64,000 nucleotides of DNA. Origin: an uncultured Chloroflexia bacterium (GTDB lineage Bacteria > Chloroflexota > Limnocylindria > Limnocylindrales > CSP1-4). The translations under genes and the position numbers were made by a program. The stretch spans positions 263-64,262 of the forward strand of contig CAVRGY010000012.1 in assembly GCA_963720825.1 (NCBI GenBank), given 5' to 3'. Every line of letters starts with the position of its first letter. Positions within the stretch are counted from its first letter, which is position 1. This document shows, one piece after another, positions 45,209 to 59,049 of this stretch. The notes below the pieces were generated by a model that ran no database searches, had not been told where the DNA came from, and worked only from the letters and a program-made list of their open reading frames with translations.

Positions 45209-47056
45209 TTACGGCTTGACGAACATGTCGCCGTACGGGTTGGAGCTGTAGGGGCCCCAGTCGTACAGGCCGCCGCTGGGTCCCTGCGTGGTCCCCAGCT
45301 TGGTGCCCATCATGCCCTGCTTGAGGCCGAAGAACGTGGGGATGACCCACATGTTCTGGATGGTCTCCTTGTCCAGGGCCTGCCACATCGTCGACTGCTT
45401 TGCGCGGTCGGTCTCGGCCTGTGCGGCCTTGACCTCTGTGTTGAACGCTGCGTCGTCGACCTGGGACAGGTCCCAGCCGCCCTCCTGCGTGAACAGGGGC
45501 GGGATGACGGTCGAGGCATTGGGCCAGTCAGGGCCCCAGCCGCCGACACCGAAGTCGCCGGCCTTCGCAGGATCGAAGACGGTGCTGTAGTACGAGCCCG
45601 GGGGCAGCGGCGCAAGGGTGATCGTGAAGCCGGCCGCCTGGAGCGACGCCTGCACGATCGCCGCCCACTTGCCGTAGGTGGGGGTGTCGGCATAGTTGAA
45701 GGTGAGGCTCGGTGCGGCCTCGCCCGAGTCGGCGATCAGCTGCTTGGCGAGGTCGGCGTCGCCAGTGTCGGCGACCGCCTTTCCGAACATGGTGGTCCAG
45801 ACGCCGGTGTCGGCGTAGTCCGCGCCGATGTTCGGCTTGATCGTGCCGTCCGCGTAGTCGCCGTAGAAGTCGCCGCCGGAGGCCTTGCGGAGCCCGCTGC
45901 GGTCGAGGGCGACGGCCATCGCCTGGCGGATCTTGACGTTCTTGACCTTCTGGACGTTGATCCAGAAGTAGCGCGAGTAGATGTCGTACGCGCTGACGGC
46001 GCGACCGGCGTACTGGTCGTTCACCGTGCTGGCATCAGCGAACACGGTCGCCAGGTTCTCGGGCTGCATCCCGCCGTACTGGAGGGCGTACTGGTCATTG
46101 CCCGAGCTCTGGATCAGCCGCTGGTCGATGACCTTCGGGTCGATGCCGAAGTCGACTTCCCAGTTGTCGGGGTACGGGTGCCGGTACGGGTCGCTTGCCG
46201 CATCCCAGTTCTCATTCCGGGACATCAGCATCTTGCCGCCGTTGCCGGTGGTGTAGCTGTCGATCTTGTACGGGCCCGACGACATCGGCGGAGCCGCAAC
46301 GCCGTAGGACTCGCCGGTGTCGGCGGCCTTCGGGACGGGCGAGAAGCCGAGGGTCACGGTGTAGTTGAAGTCCGCGACCGGCTGCTTCAGGTGGAACGTG
46401 ATCGTCTTGTTGTCGGCGGAGCAGGAGACCGCCTTGTCGAACAGGTCCTGGCCGGTGCCGTTGTAGGGACCGTAGTACGCCGACAGGTAGACGCTGTTGG
46501 GGTCGCTCTTGTCGGTGACCGGGTTGGCCGGGATGTCGAGGTACGCGACGGCGTAGGTCGGACCCTGGTTGATGATGTCGTTCGCGAACGTCCGCGACAC
46601 GCCGTACTCGACGTCGGCGCACGTGATCGGCGAACCGTCCTGCCACTTCACGCCATCACGGAGCGTGAATGTCCACGTCTTGGCACCGTCGCTGGGCGTG
46701 CCCGTGTCAGTCGCCAGGTCCGGCTGGAGGCCGGATGCCGTGGGGTTGTCAGCCGAGTAGGTGTACGCCGTGAGCGACCGGTAGATCGTCGCCGAGAAGA
46801 ACGCGAGGTCCTCGCCGGTGTAGGCGCGCTGGGGATCGACCTGATCCCACTGCTCGGCCTGCGTCAGCAGGTACACGGTGCCGCCGGTCGGGGTCTCCGA
46901 CGACGGAGCAGCGCTTTCGGGCGCCGCCGACGTTCCGGGGGCTGTCGACGCCGGCGGAGCCGTGGTGGGGGTCGAACCCCCGCAGGCTGCCAGCGCGACC
47001 GTCGCCACGACGCCGAGCGTCAAGGCGCGCAGCCCACGCGATTCGGATCTGACCAT
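45209..47056 (-). CDS. Oligopeptide ABC transporter substrate-binding lipoprotein (canonical family 5)
   Basis: Lipobox LAAC, PDLATDTG...WTFTLRDGVKWQDGSPITCADV near the N-terminus, SSGPYKI, KIRQAMAVALDR, WGPDWP; GGAGGAGG RBS. Confidence 0.93.
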   Translation of the reverse strand: MVRSESRGLRALTLGVVATVALAACGGSTPTTAPPASTAPGTSAAPESAAPSSETPTGGTVYLLTQAEQWDQVDPQRAYTGEDLAFFSATIYRSLTAYTYSADNPTASGLQPDLATDTGTPSDGAKTWTFTLRDGVKWQDGSPITCADVEYGVSRTFANDIINQGPTYAVAYLDIPANPVTDKSDPNSVYLSAYYGPYNGTGQDLFDKAVSCSADNKTITFHLKQPVADFNYTVTLGFSPVPKAADTGESYGVAAPPMSSGPYKIDSYTTGNGGKMLMSRNENWDAASDPYRHPYPDNWEVDFGIDPKVIDQRLIQSSGNDQYALQYGGMQPENLATVFADASTVNDQYAGRAVSAYDIYSRYFWINVQKVKNVKIRQAMAVALDRSGLRKASGGDFYGDYADGTIKPNIGADYADTGVWTTMFGKAVADTGDADLAKQLIADSGEAAPSLTFNYADTPTYGKWAAIVQASLQAAGFTITLAPLPPGSYYSTVFDPAKAGDFGVGGWGPDWPNASTVIPPLFTQEGGWDLSQVDDAAFNTEVKAAQAETDRAKQSTMWQALDKETIQNMWVIPTFFGLKQGMMGTKLGTTQGPSGGLYDWGPYSSNPYGDMFVKP

Positions 47057-47182
47057 TGTTTCCTCCTCCAAGGTCTTGCCGGAATCATCCGGCGCATGCC
47101 GATGATGGTACACGCGCGAGAATTACGCGCGCGTTTGAAGAACGCCGGCGGGTCGGTTCCCGCTCAGGCGTCGGCTACCGTT

Positions 47183-48113
47183 TCAGTGAACGCCCTTCGG
47201 ATCCATGGCATCTCGGAGCGCGTCGCCAAACAGGTTGAACGACACGACCAGGATGACCAGCAGGGTCCCGGGGATGAACAGGTACGTCGGGACGACGTTG
47301 AAATACGTCACCGAGTTGGCAAGCATCGCGCCGAACGTCGTGTCCGGCGGGATGACGCCGACGCCGAGGAACGACAGCGCGGCCTCGAGGCCGATGTACG
47401 CCGGCAGCGTCAGGGTCGCGTACACCAGGATCGGTGCCCACAGGTTGGGCAGGATCTCGGTGAACAGGATCCGGCGCTTGCTCGACCCCATCGCCACGGC
47501 GGCTTCGACGAACTCTCGCTCGCGGAAGCTGAGCACCTGGCCGCGCACGATGCGCGCAAGGTACGGCCAGCCGAACACGCTCATCACGAGGATCAGGTAC
47601 AGGATCCGGGAAGCGTTGCCTGCAGGCACCCCGAGATCGGTGAGACGCTGGGTCATGACCCCGGACAGGGCCAGGATGATCAGCAGGGTCGGGAACGCGA
47701 GGACGAGGTCCATCAGCCGTCCCACCAGGTTGTCCGTCAGCCCGCCGGTGTACCCGGCGATGATCCCGATGGTCGTGCCGAGGAACACCGTCACGGCCGT
47801 CGCGCTGGTCGAGATGATCAGCGAGATCCGGAGGCCGTACAGGAGCTGAGCGAAGATGTCACGGCCGGTCCCCCACTCAACACCCAGCGGGTGCGCCGCG
47901 GTGATGCCGCCCCAGTCGGCGATGGGCTTGCCGCCCAGTGTCGCTGATCGACGAAGGGTCGAACTTGTAGGGGTCGATGCCGACCATGCCCGCGATGATC
48001 GGACCGATGATCGCCGTCCCGTAGAACAGGATCAGCACAACAAGGCAGACCATGGCGACTCGATCCCGCCGCAGACGTGCCCAGATGATCTGACGAAGGC
48101 TTCGGCCGACCAT
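47183..48113 (-). CDS. Oligopeptide ABC transporter permease (OppC/DppC; apparent +1 frameshift near 47938)
   Basis: IIWARLRRDRVAM, HPLGVEWGTGRDIFAQLLYGLRISL, ARIVRGQVLSFREREFVEAA, EAALSFLGVG, FNLFGDALRDAMDPK. Confidence 0.9.
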
Positions 48114-48222
48114 GGCCGCGAGGATAGCAGATCGTTTCAGGTGTCAAGCGGGAGCGCGGCGCGCCCAGGGAGGCGCTCAGCTGCCCCGCTCCGGGTCCCG
48201 CAGGTGTCGGGTCGCCCTGCTG

Positions 48223-49722
48223 CTAGTCCGGGCAGGGCGTCTGCGCGCCGGTCATCCCGCGCGCGCGTAGATTGGGCTGGCGGGCGGCCAGCGCCTCGTC
48301 AAGGCGCCGCACCGGCGCGTCGTGCGGCGCCCCCGTCACCAGCCCGGGATCCTCGTCAGCCTCCCGCGCGATCTCCAGCAGCGCGTCGGTGAACGCATCG
48401 AGCGTCTCCAGCGATTCGGTCTCGGTCGGCTCGATCAGCATCGCCTCCTCGACCGTCAGCGGGAAGTAGATCGTCGGCGGGTGATAGCCCTTGTCGATCA
48501 GGCGCTTGGCGATATCCAGGGTGCGAACCCCTGTCCGGCGCTTGATCTCACCGGCCGACGCCACGAACTCGTGCTTGCAATGCCGGGCGAACGGGACCTG
48601 GTAGGCGCCACAGAGACGCTGCTTGAGGTAGTTCGCCGCGAGCACCGCGTCGTCGGACACCTCGCACAGCCCGGCGGCACCGTGGGCCCGGATGTACGCA
48701 TAGGCGCGCACGAGCACCCCCGTGCTGCCCACGAATGACCGCATCCGCCCGATCGAGAGCGGGCGTTCCCCCGGCGGCTCGAGCAGGTAGGACCCGTCAT
48801 CGGCGCGCAGCACCCGGGGCGCGGGCAGGAACGGCTCCAGCAACGACCGGACCCCGACGGGTCCCGCACCCGGGCCACCGCCACCGTGGGGCGTGGAGAA
48901 CGTCTTGTGGACGTTGAAGTGCATCACGTCGAAGCCGGCTTCGCCGGGCTTGAACCGGCCCAGGATGGCGTTGAGGTTCGCGCCGTCCATGTAGGCCAGC
49001 GCGCCGGCGGCGTGGGTCGCCTCGAGCAGGTCGCCGATCCGTCGCTCGAACAGCCCCAGCGTGGACGGGTTCGTGATCATGATCGCGGCCGTCTTCGGCC
49101 CGAGCGCGGCGCCGAACGCGTCGAGATCGACGCCGCCGTCGGGGGCCGACGGGATGGTGACGGTGCGGAACCCGGCCATCGATGCCGTCGCGGGGTTCGT
49201 GCCGTGCGACGAGTCCGGCACCAGCACCTCGGTCCGCGCAAGATCGCCGCGGGAGCGATGGTACGCGCGGATCATCAAGATCCCGGTCAGCTCGCCCTGG
49301 GCCCCCGCGGCCGGCTGGAGCGTGACCGCATCCATGCCGCTGATCTCGGCCAGCAGGCCCTCGAGCTCGAACAGGAGCTGGAGCGTCCCCTGGGCGACGG
49401 CGTCGGGCGCCATGGGGTGCAGACCCGCAAAGCCGGGCAGGCGCGCGGCCCACTCGTTGAGCTTGGGGTTGAACTTCATGGTGCACGAGCCGAGCGGGTA
49501 GAAGCCCGTGTCGATCGAGTAGTTGAGCTGGCTGAGGTTGACGTAGTGGCGCACCACCTCCGGCTCTGCGAGCTCGGGCAGCGCGGCGGGAACCGAGCGT
49601 CGGGCGGCGGACGGGATCCGGTCCAGCGCGTCCTTGGGCGGATGCGGGATCTTGCCGCCACCGCGACCCGGCCGGCTGCGCTCGAACAGGGTCGGCTGGA
49701 GCCGCTCGCCGACGACCGTCAT
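48223..49722 (-). CDS. gcvPB: Glycine dehydrogenase (decarboxylating) subunit 2
   Basis: YPLGSCTMKFNPK, LQPAAGAQGE, SHGTNPATA, MDGANLN, HKTFSTPHGGGGPG, IEPTETES. Confidence 0.95.
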   Translation of the reverse strand: MTVVGERLQPTLFERSRPGRGGGKIPHPPKDALDRIPSAARRSVPAALPELAEPEVVRHYVNLSQLNYSIDTGFYPLGSCTMKFNPKLNEWAARLPGFAGLHPMAPDAVAQGTLQLLFELEGLLAEISGMDAVTLQPAAGAQGELTGILMIRAYHRSRGDLARTEVLVPDSSHGTNPATASMAGFRTVTIPSAPDGGVDLDAFGAALGPKTAAIMITNPSTLGLFERRIGDLLEATHAAGALAYMDGANLNAILGRFKPGEAGFDVMHFNVHKTFSTPHGGGGPGAGPVGVRSLLEPFLPAPRVLRADDGSYLLEPPGERPLSIGRMRSFVGSTGVLVRAYAYIRAHGAAGLCEVSDDAVLAANYLKQRLCGAYQVPFARHCKHEFVASAGEIKRRTGVRTLDIAKRLIDKGYHPPTIYFPLTVEEAMLIEPTETESLETLDAFTDALLEIAREADEDPGLVTGAPHDAPVRRLDEALAARQPNLRARGMTGAQTPCPD

Positions 49723-51107
49723 CGCGCACCCCCCGGTGTCGTCGCGCGTGCGAGCTCCTCGCCCAGGGCCGCGGCAAACTGGTCGATCTCCGCCGCCGTG
49801 GTCACCTCGGTCGCGCACACGAGCAGGCCGTCCTCGATCGAGCTCTCGTCGGGCATCAGCCGGCTCGTCGGGATGCCGGCGAGCACCCCCCGCTCGAGCA
49901 GCCGCTCGTGGATCCCCGCGGCATCGGGGACCCTGACCACGAACTCGTTGAGGTACGGCCCGGGGTGCATTCGCGGAGCGCCCGCGGCGGTCAGGGCGGC
50001 CTCGAGATCCGCGGCACGAGCCGCGCCCAGCGAGGCCACGTCCCGCAGCCCGTGGGGGCCGATCGTCGCCAGGTAGATGCTGGCCGCCAGGGCCAGCAGC
50101 GCCTGGTTGGTGCAGATGTTGCTGGCCGCCTTCTCGCGGCGGATGTCCTGCTCGCGCGCGCGCATGGTCATCACGAACGCGCGGCGCCCGGCGAGGTCCG
50201 CGGTCTGGCCAACGAGCCGGCCCGGGATCTGGCGCACGAGCGCATCCGTGCACGCCACGATTCCCAGGTACGGACCGCCGTACTGGAGCGGGATCCCGAG
50301 CGGCTGGCCCTCACCGGCCGCGATGTCCGCCCCGTACTCGCCTGGTGGCGCCAGCACGGCCAGGGAGACCGGCTCGATGACGCTCACGAACAGGGCGCCC
50401 GCCTCGTGCGCGATGCGCCCGACCTCGGGCATCGCCTCCAGCAGCCCGAGCACGTTGGGCTGGGCGACGACCACGCCCGCGACGGGGCCGCCCGGGTCCG
50501 CGAGGAGGCGTGCGAGCGCATCGAGATCGGTCGTGCCCGCCAGCGGGCCGGTCGCCACCAGCGGGATCTCCTCGGCAGCGAGGCCGGCTCCCGCCGCGTA
50601 GGTCTCGAGCGTCTCGCGGTAGTGGGGATGGACGCCCCTGGAGACCAGGATCCGTTCCCGCCGCGTGGCGCGGCAGGCCATCAGGGCGGCCTCCGCGGTG
50701 GCGGCGCCGCCGTCGTAGTGCGACGCGGACACCACGTCGAGCCCCGTGAGCTCGGCGAGCAGCGACTGGTACTCGTAGATGCTCTGGAGCGTGCCCTGGC
50801 TGACCTCCGGCTGGTACGGCGTGTAGGCCGTGTACCACTCGCCTCGCAGCAGCAGCTGGTCCACCGCGGCGGGCGTCCAGTGGCGGTAGGCGCCGGCGCC
50901 GAGGAAGCTCGCCAGGTCCACCCGGTTGCGTCCGGCGAGCGCGATCAGCCGGGCGCTCAGCTCGAGCTCCGGCTCGGGGGGGTCGAGCCGGAGGGGGCTC
51001 GCACGAAGCGGTTCCGGGATGTCGTCGAACAGCTCGTCGACGGAGGTGATGCCGATCGTCTCGAGCATCCGGGCTCGATCGTCGGCCGCGTGCGGGCCGT
51101 ACGGCAT
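49719..51107 (-). CDS. gcvPA: Glycine dehydrogenase (decarboxylating) subunit 1
   Basis: SFLGAGAY, YTAYTPYQPEVSQGTLQ, ASHYDG, GEGQPLG, REQDIRREKAASNICTNQAL. Confidence 0.95.
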   Translation of the reverse strand: MPYGPHAADDRARMLETIGITSVDELFDDIPEPLRASPLRLDPPEPELELSARLIALAGRNRVDLASFLGAGAYRHWTPAAVDQLLLRGEWYTAYTPYQPEVSQGTLQSIYEYQSLLAELTGLDVVSASHYDGGAATAEAALMACRATRRERILVSRGVHPHYRETLETYAAGAGLAAEEIPLVATGPLAGTTDLDALARLLADPGGPVAGVVVAQPNVLGLLEAMPEVGRIAHEAGALFVSVIEPVSLAVLAPPGEYGADIAAGEGQPLGIPLQYGGPYLGIVACTDALVRQIPGRLVGQTADLAGRRAFVMTMRAREQDIRREKAASNICTNQALLALAASIYLATIGPHGLRDVASLGAARAADLEAALTAAGAPRMHPGPYLNEFVVRVPDAAGIHERLLERGVLAGIPTSRLMPDESSIEDGLLVCATEVTTAAEIDQFAAALGEELARATTPGGAR

Positions 51108-51112
51108 CTCGA

Positions 51113-51493
51113 TCAGCTCTCGGCGACGAGCTGCTCGTAGGCGGCGGCGTCGAGGAGCACGTCGGCCTGGGCCGGATCGGTGAGCCGCACGCGCACCATC
51201 CAGCCTGCCCCGTACGGATCGCTGTTGACCAGCTCCGGCTGGCCGGCGAGCTCGTCGTTGGCACCGGTCACCTCGCCGGCGACGGGCGCGAACAGGTCGC
51301 TCACCGCCTTGACCGACTCCACCACCCCGAAGGTCGCGAACTGGTCGACAGCCCGACCGACGTTCGGCAGCTCGACGTACACGATGTCGCCGAGCTGGTC
51401 GGCGGCGAACTGCGTGATGCCGACGGTGGCCTCGTCCCCCTCGAGACGAACCCACTCGTGGTCCTTGGTATAGCGCAGATCAACGGGGACCAT
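51113..51493 (-). CDS. gcvH: Glycine cleavage system H protein
   Basis: [22 protein letters not shown], lipoyl motif [18 protein letters not shown]. Confidence 0.96.
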   Translation of the reverse strand: MVPVDLRYTKDHEWVRLEGDEATVGITQFAADQLGDIVYVELPNVGRAVDQFATFGVVESVKAVSDLFAPVAGEVTGANDELAGQPELVNSDPYGAGWMVRVRLTDPAQADVLLDAAAYEQLVAES

Positions 51494-51584
51494 GGAACCG
51501 GCTCCTCCGATGCTGTTCACCACGGCTCGGACCGCGGGTTGGTCGCGATGTCTCGCAGTCCGGACTGATGCGACCCCTCGGGCT

Positions 51585-52690
<1,106 letters not shown>

Positions 52691-52694
<4 letters not shown>

Positions 52695-53170
52695 GCGCCA
52701 GAGCTCCCACCGGATGGATCGCCCGGGAACTCGCCCGCGGAGACCGCCTCGGCGGCACGGGCGACCAGCGTGCGCTCCGTCTCGAAGGTCAGCGTCACTG
52801 GCGCGTCGGCCAGACCGATCCAGCGCACCTCGTCGAACTCGTGGTCGTGACGGGCGAGATCGCCACCCGTGGGCTCCATCAGGAAGTAGTGGACGGTCTT
52901 GTGGATCCGCGTGCCGCCCTGGACGAACCGATATTCGATGGAGTCGAACGGGCGGACGATCCGGACCTGGAGGCCGGTCTCCTCGCGGACCTCGCGCAGG
53001 GCTGTCTCCTCGCGCGTCTCCCGGGGGATCGGCGTGCCCTTGGGCAGCGTCCAGGTGACGCCATCCCGCTCGCGGCGGCGACGGCCCACGACAAGCTGTG
53101 GGGTGCCGTTCTGGAAGCGGATGACGATGCCCCCGGCAGAGGTGGCGACGGCGTGCTTCAGGCGGGCCAC
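52691..53170 (-). CDS. NUDIX hydrolase
   Basis: SAGGIV, WTLPKG...ETREETALREVREETGL (Nudix box), KTVHYFLM; start uncertain. Confidence 0.88.
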
Positions 53171-53475
53171 GCGGGCGCCACGGACGGGCGGTGCGGGCTC
53201 CCTGCCCGGCTCGAGCTGGTCCACAGCATCGATGTCGCCGGCCTGGGGCGACCGCTGGCCACGACGCGCCGGGGCGCGACGGTCAGCGAGCGCCACGGGG
53301 CACGGAGCGCGGTGAGCGGGCCGACATCGGGCCGCCGCAGCACCGTGCGGCGCGCCGGCGCGGTCACGAACGCCGCCGCGGAGCGGAGGCCGAGTCGTCG
53401 TTCACGGGCCCGGGTCGACGGATGGACGAAGCGCGCCGGCCATGCCGCGTGCCGCGCGGCGATGCTGTGCTGCAT
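53158..53475 (-). CDS. Putative small basic protein (105 aa) or N-terminal extension of the NUDIX gene
   Basis: ATG preceded at 6 nt by TACGAT, the same leaderless geometry as other genes here; Arg-rich; stop overlaps the NUDIX start. Confidence 0.4.
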   Translation of the reverse strand: MQHSIAARHAAWPARFVHPSTRARERRLGLRSAAAFVTAPARRTVLRRPDVGPLTALRAPWRSLTVAPRRVVASGRPRPATSMLWTSSSRAGSPHRPSVAPAWPA

Positions 53476-53492
53476 GTCCGCATCGTACCTCG

Positions 53493-54566
53493 TCAAGGGT
53501 TCCCTGCAAGTGCGACCCGGAGCCGTTCGGCGGCTTCCGGTGACAGCGAGCCACGACCCGTTGCGATCCCGACCGATCGCTCCATCAGCGCCCGGTAGAC
53601 GGGCAGCGCGTCCGGTGCCCCGGAACGCAGCGCCTCGAGGTGTGCGGCGATCGTGCCCGCGTCCCCCCGCGTGGCCGGCCCCGTCAGGGCTGCCCCGATC
53701 CCCAGCGCGCGAGCGTTCGCCACCGTCTGCTCGAGCAGCGGGAGATAGATCCGCATGGTGCCCGCCTCGTCCAGCCCCAGCGCCGCGGCAATCCCGCGGA
53801 TGGTGTCCATCAGCGCCACCACACCCCCTGCCGACAGCACCGCCGCCGCGTGGTATGCAGCCTTGGCACCGGGCGGGATCCGGACGGCCCGGCCACCGAT
53901 CGCATCCGCCATGTCGGCCAGGTGCGCGGCCAGCTCGTCGTCCCCCTCGATCGCGATCGTCGCGCCATGGAGCGCCGCGAGGGCTCGCTCGAGGTCCGCG
54001 AACGCGACCAGCGGATGGAATGCCCCGACCTGGGTGCCGGCTGCCATCGCGGGCGCCAGGACGTCGGCGCCGAGCAGGCCGCTGGTGTGGACCATCGCCT
54101 GGCCCGCATACAGCCGCAGCGATGCCGCGACCGTCGCGACGACGTCGTCCGGCACGGCGAGGATCACCAGCTCGACATCGTCCACCAGGGCGGTGGCCTC
54201 GGCGAACCCGCGAGCCCCGGGCACGTGCTCCCGGAACCGGGCACGCCGGCCCGCATCGCGTGAGGCGACCGCGCGGATCGGCCAGCCCGCCCGGTCGAGC
54301 GCGATCCCGAGGGCCGTCCCGACGGCGCCTGCCCCGATGATCCCGGTCACCGGGCGCTCGTCGGGTCCCGAGTGCGCGTGCGGGTGCGCGTGGTCGCTCG
54401 CGTGCTCAAGGTCACCGTGGCGGTGCGTCGGCTCGCCGTGACGGCTGGTGGCGGGATCCAGGTCGATTCCGCGCTCGCCGAGCTCGTGCATCGCCTCGTC
54501 CTGGTCGGCCGCCCTGCGCTCGGCCGCGCGGCGGATTGCGCCCTCGGTCTCGTCCCAGGCTCTCAT
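53493..54566 (-). CDS. Rossmann-like + DUF2520 oxidoreductase (PanG-like) with His-rich N-terminal extension
   Basis: IIGAGAVG, LAVPDD, VHTSG, FHPL, YHAAAV, ALTGPATRGD, HL. Confidence 0.85.
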   Translation of the reverse strand: MRAWDETEGAIRRAAERRAADQDEAMHELGERGIDLDPATSRHGEPTHRHGDLEHASDHAHPHAHSGPDERPVTGIIGAGAVGTALGIALDRAGWPIRAVASRDAGRRARFREHVPGARGFAEATALVDDVELVILAVPDDVVATVAASLRLYAGQAMVHTSGLLGADVLAPAMAAGTQVGAFHPLVAFADLERALAALHGATIAIEGDDELAAHLADMADAIGGRAVRIPPGAKAAYHAAAVLSAGGVVALMDTIRGIAAALGLDEAGTMRIYLPLLEQTVANARALGIGAALTGPATRGDAGTIAAHLEALRSGAPDALPVYRALMERSVGIATGRGSLSPEAAERLRVALAGNP

Positions 54567-54683
54567 CGATCTGGCTTGCTGACCGGGACGCCGTCGGTGT
54601 TGTAGGCTTGCACCCGACGAGTGTAAGCGAGCGGTCCGAGGGCGCACCCTCATCGCCCGATCCCCACAGTGGAGATTGAGCAC

Positions 54684-57356
<2,673 letters not shown>

Positions 57357-57556
57357 CGCAGGTCCGGCTGTCACACGGCACGAAGCCCCCTGGATCGTCC
57401 AGGAGGCTTCGCATCTGCCGAGGCTCCACGAACCGCGGGGAGGAGACCGCGTTGCGGGGAGTCCGTCACGGTTGCGACGGGCCGGTGTACGGCGGTGTGA
57501 CGCGCGCACACCCGGATCGTCGCGATTGATTTGCGGGTCGACAGGGGCGGGGTCGA

Positions 57557-57633
<77 letters not shown>

Positions 57634-57696
57634 GGAGGCCCGAAGGGACCAGCATTCTACCGCCGGAGGACCGCTCGCGCGGCTGCACCGCGAGCG

Positions 57697-57978
57697 TCAG
57701 GTGGCCAGGCCGGGCCAGCGCTGCCGGAGGCGGTCGGCGGCGATGCCGGCCACGGCCACGATCTTGCGACGCCCGGCGGCGCCGGCCACGATCCGGACGT
57801 CCGCGCGTGGCAGGTCGAGCTCGCGGGCGAGCAGCCGCACCAGCGCCTCGTTCGCCGCGCCTTCGACGGCAGGGGCTGCGACACGGGCGCGAAGCCCGCC
57901 ATCGACCACGCCCTCGATACGATCCGCCCCGCCCCGGGGCGTCAGCCGGACCGCGAACCGGACGTCCGCGGACGGCAT
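57697..57978 (-). CDS. DUF167 (UPF0235/YggU) family protein
   Basis: VRLTPRGG, LRARVAAPAVEGAANEAL, GAAGRRK; follows yggT. Confidence 0.88.
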   Translation of the reverse strand: MPSADVRFAVRLTPRGGADRIEGVVDGGLRARVAAPAVEGAANEALVRLLARELDLPRADVRIVAGAAGRRKIVAVAGIAADRLRQRWPGLAT

Positions 57979-57983
57979 CCGGG

Positions 57984-58229
57984 CTACAGGATCGCGCGCC
58001 ACAGCGCGCCCAGGACGAGCAGCACGAGCAGGCTCGAGAAGTCGAACATGCCCGCCGGGGGCAGCGCCCGGCGAACGGGGGCAAGGATGGGCTCGGTCGC
58101 CCGGATCAGGAACGCGCCGACCTGCGTCCGACCCGTCGGGTCGACCCAGCTCATCAGGATCCGGCCGAGCACGAGCAGCCACAGGATCGCAAGCAGCAGA
58201 CCCAGGAACGTCCGGATGAACAGGCCCAT
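57984..58229 (-). CDS. yggT: YggT family membrane protein
   Basis: RILMSWV...TEPILAPVRR...MFDFS. Confidence 0.9.
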   Translation of the reverse strand: MGLFIRTFLGLLLAILWLLVLGRILMSWVDPTGRTQVGAFLIRATEPILAPVRRALPPAGMFDFSSLLVLLVLGALWRAIL

Positions 58230-58283
58230 GCGCCGAATCTAGCAGCGGCGGCCGGGGCCTCGCGGCCCGCGCCACCGACGGCC

Positions 58284-59021
58284 TCACCCTCCGGCGTTGG
58301 CAACGGTCGGTGGACGCGCACCGAACAGGGCACGACCGACGCGGACGATCGTGGCGCCCTCCTCGACGGCAACCTCGAAGTCGTCGCTCATGCCCATCGA
58401 CAGGGCCGGCCCGAGCGCGGGGGACACCGCCCGCAGGCTGTCCGACAGCGCCCGGAGGGCGATGAACGTGGGTCGTGCGTCCTGCGGATCCGTGACCAGG
58501 CGCCCGATGGTCATCAGGCCGTCGAGGCGCAGGTTGGCGAGAACGGACAATGCCGGCAGGGCCTCGGCGACGGCAGCCGGGCTGAACCCGGCCTTCGCGA
58601 CGTCTCCGGCGACATTGACCTGGAGCAGGACGGGCAGTGGCCGGCCGGGGCGCAGCTCCCCCGCGAGACGGTCAAGCCTCCGGGCGAGGTCGAGGCCGTC
58701 GAGCGACTGGATCACGTCGAACAGCTCGACGGCCCGCCGGGCCTTGTTCCCCTGGAGCGGCCCGACCAGGTGCCACGACGCCCCCGGCACGTCGGGGATC
58801 TTGGCGGCGGCCTCCTGGACCCGGTTCTCACCCAGGACACCGAGGCCGGCGGCCACGGCCGCCCGAACCCGCCCGGACGGGACGGTCTTGGACACGGCCA
58901 CCACCTGGACCGAACCCGGATCGCGCCCGGCCCGCTTCGCGGCGGCGTCGATTCGCGCCTCGACCGCGGCCCGGGCGCGCACGAACGACTCGACCTCGCG
59001 GGGATCGTCCGCTTCGTGCAT
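58284..59021 (-). CDS. yggS: PLP-binding protein YggS/PROSC
   Basis: VAVSKT, LGENRVQEA, WHLVGPLQGNK, LLQVN, LSMGMSDDF, GATIVRVGRALFG. Confidence 0.94.
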   Translation of the reverse strand: MHEADDPREVESFVRARAAVEARIDAAAKRAGRDPGSVQVVAVSKTVPSGRVRAAVAAGLGVLGENRVQEAAAKIPDVPGASWHLVGPLQGNKARRAVELFDVIQSLDGLDLARRLDRLAGELRPGRPLPVLLQVNVAGDVAKAGFSPAAVAEALPALSVLANLRLDGLMTIGRLVTDPQDARPTFIALRALSDSLRAVSPALGPALSMGMSDDFEVAVEEGATIVRVGRALFGARPPTVANAGG

Positions 59022-59049
59022 CACGGCCGCGGCTGCGGCCGGCGCGGGT

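Noticed and set aside
51494-51584. Glycine riboswitch near the gcv genes
   Set aside because: No GGAGA...GAAGG...CTCTCAGG core seen here or upstream of gcvT/NUDIX.
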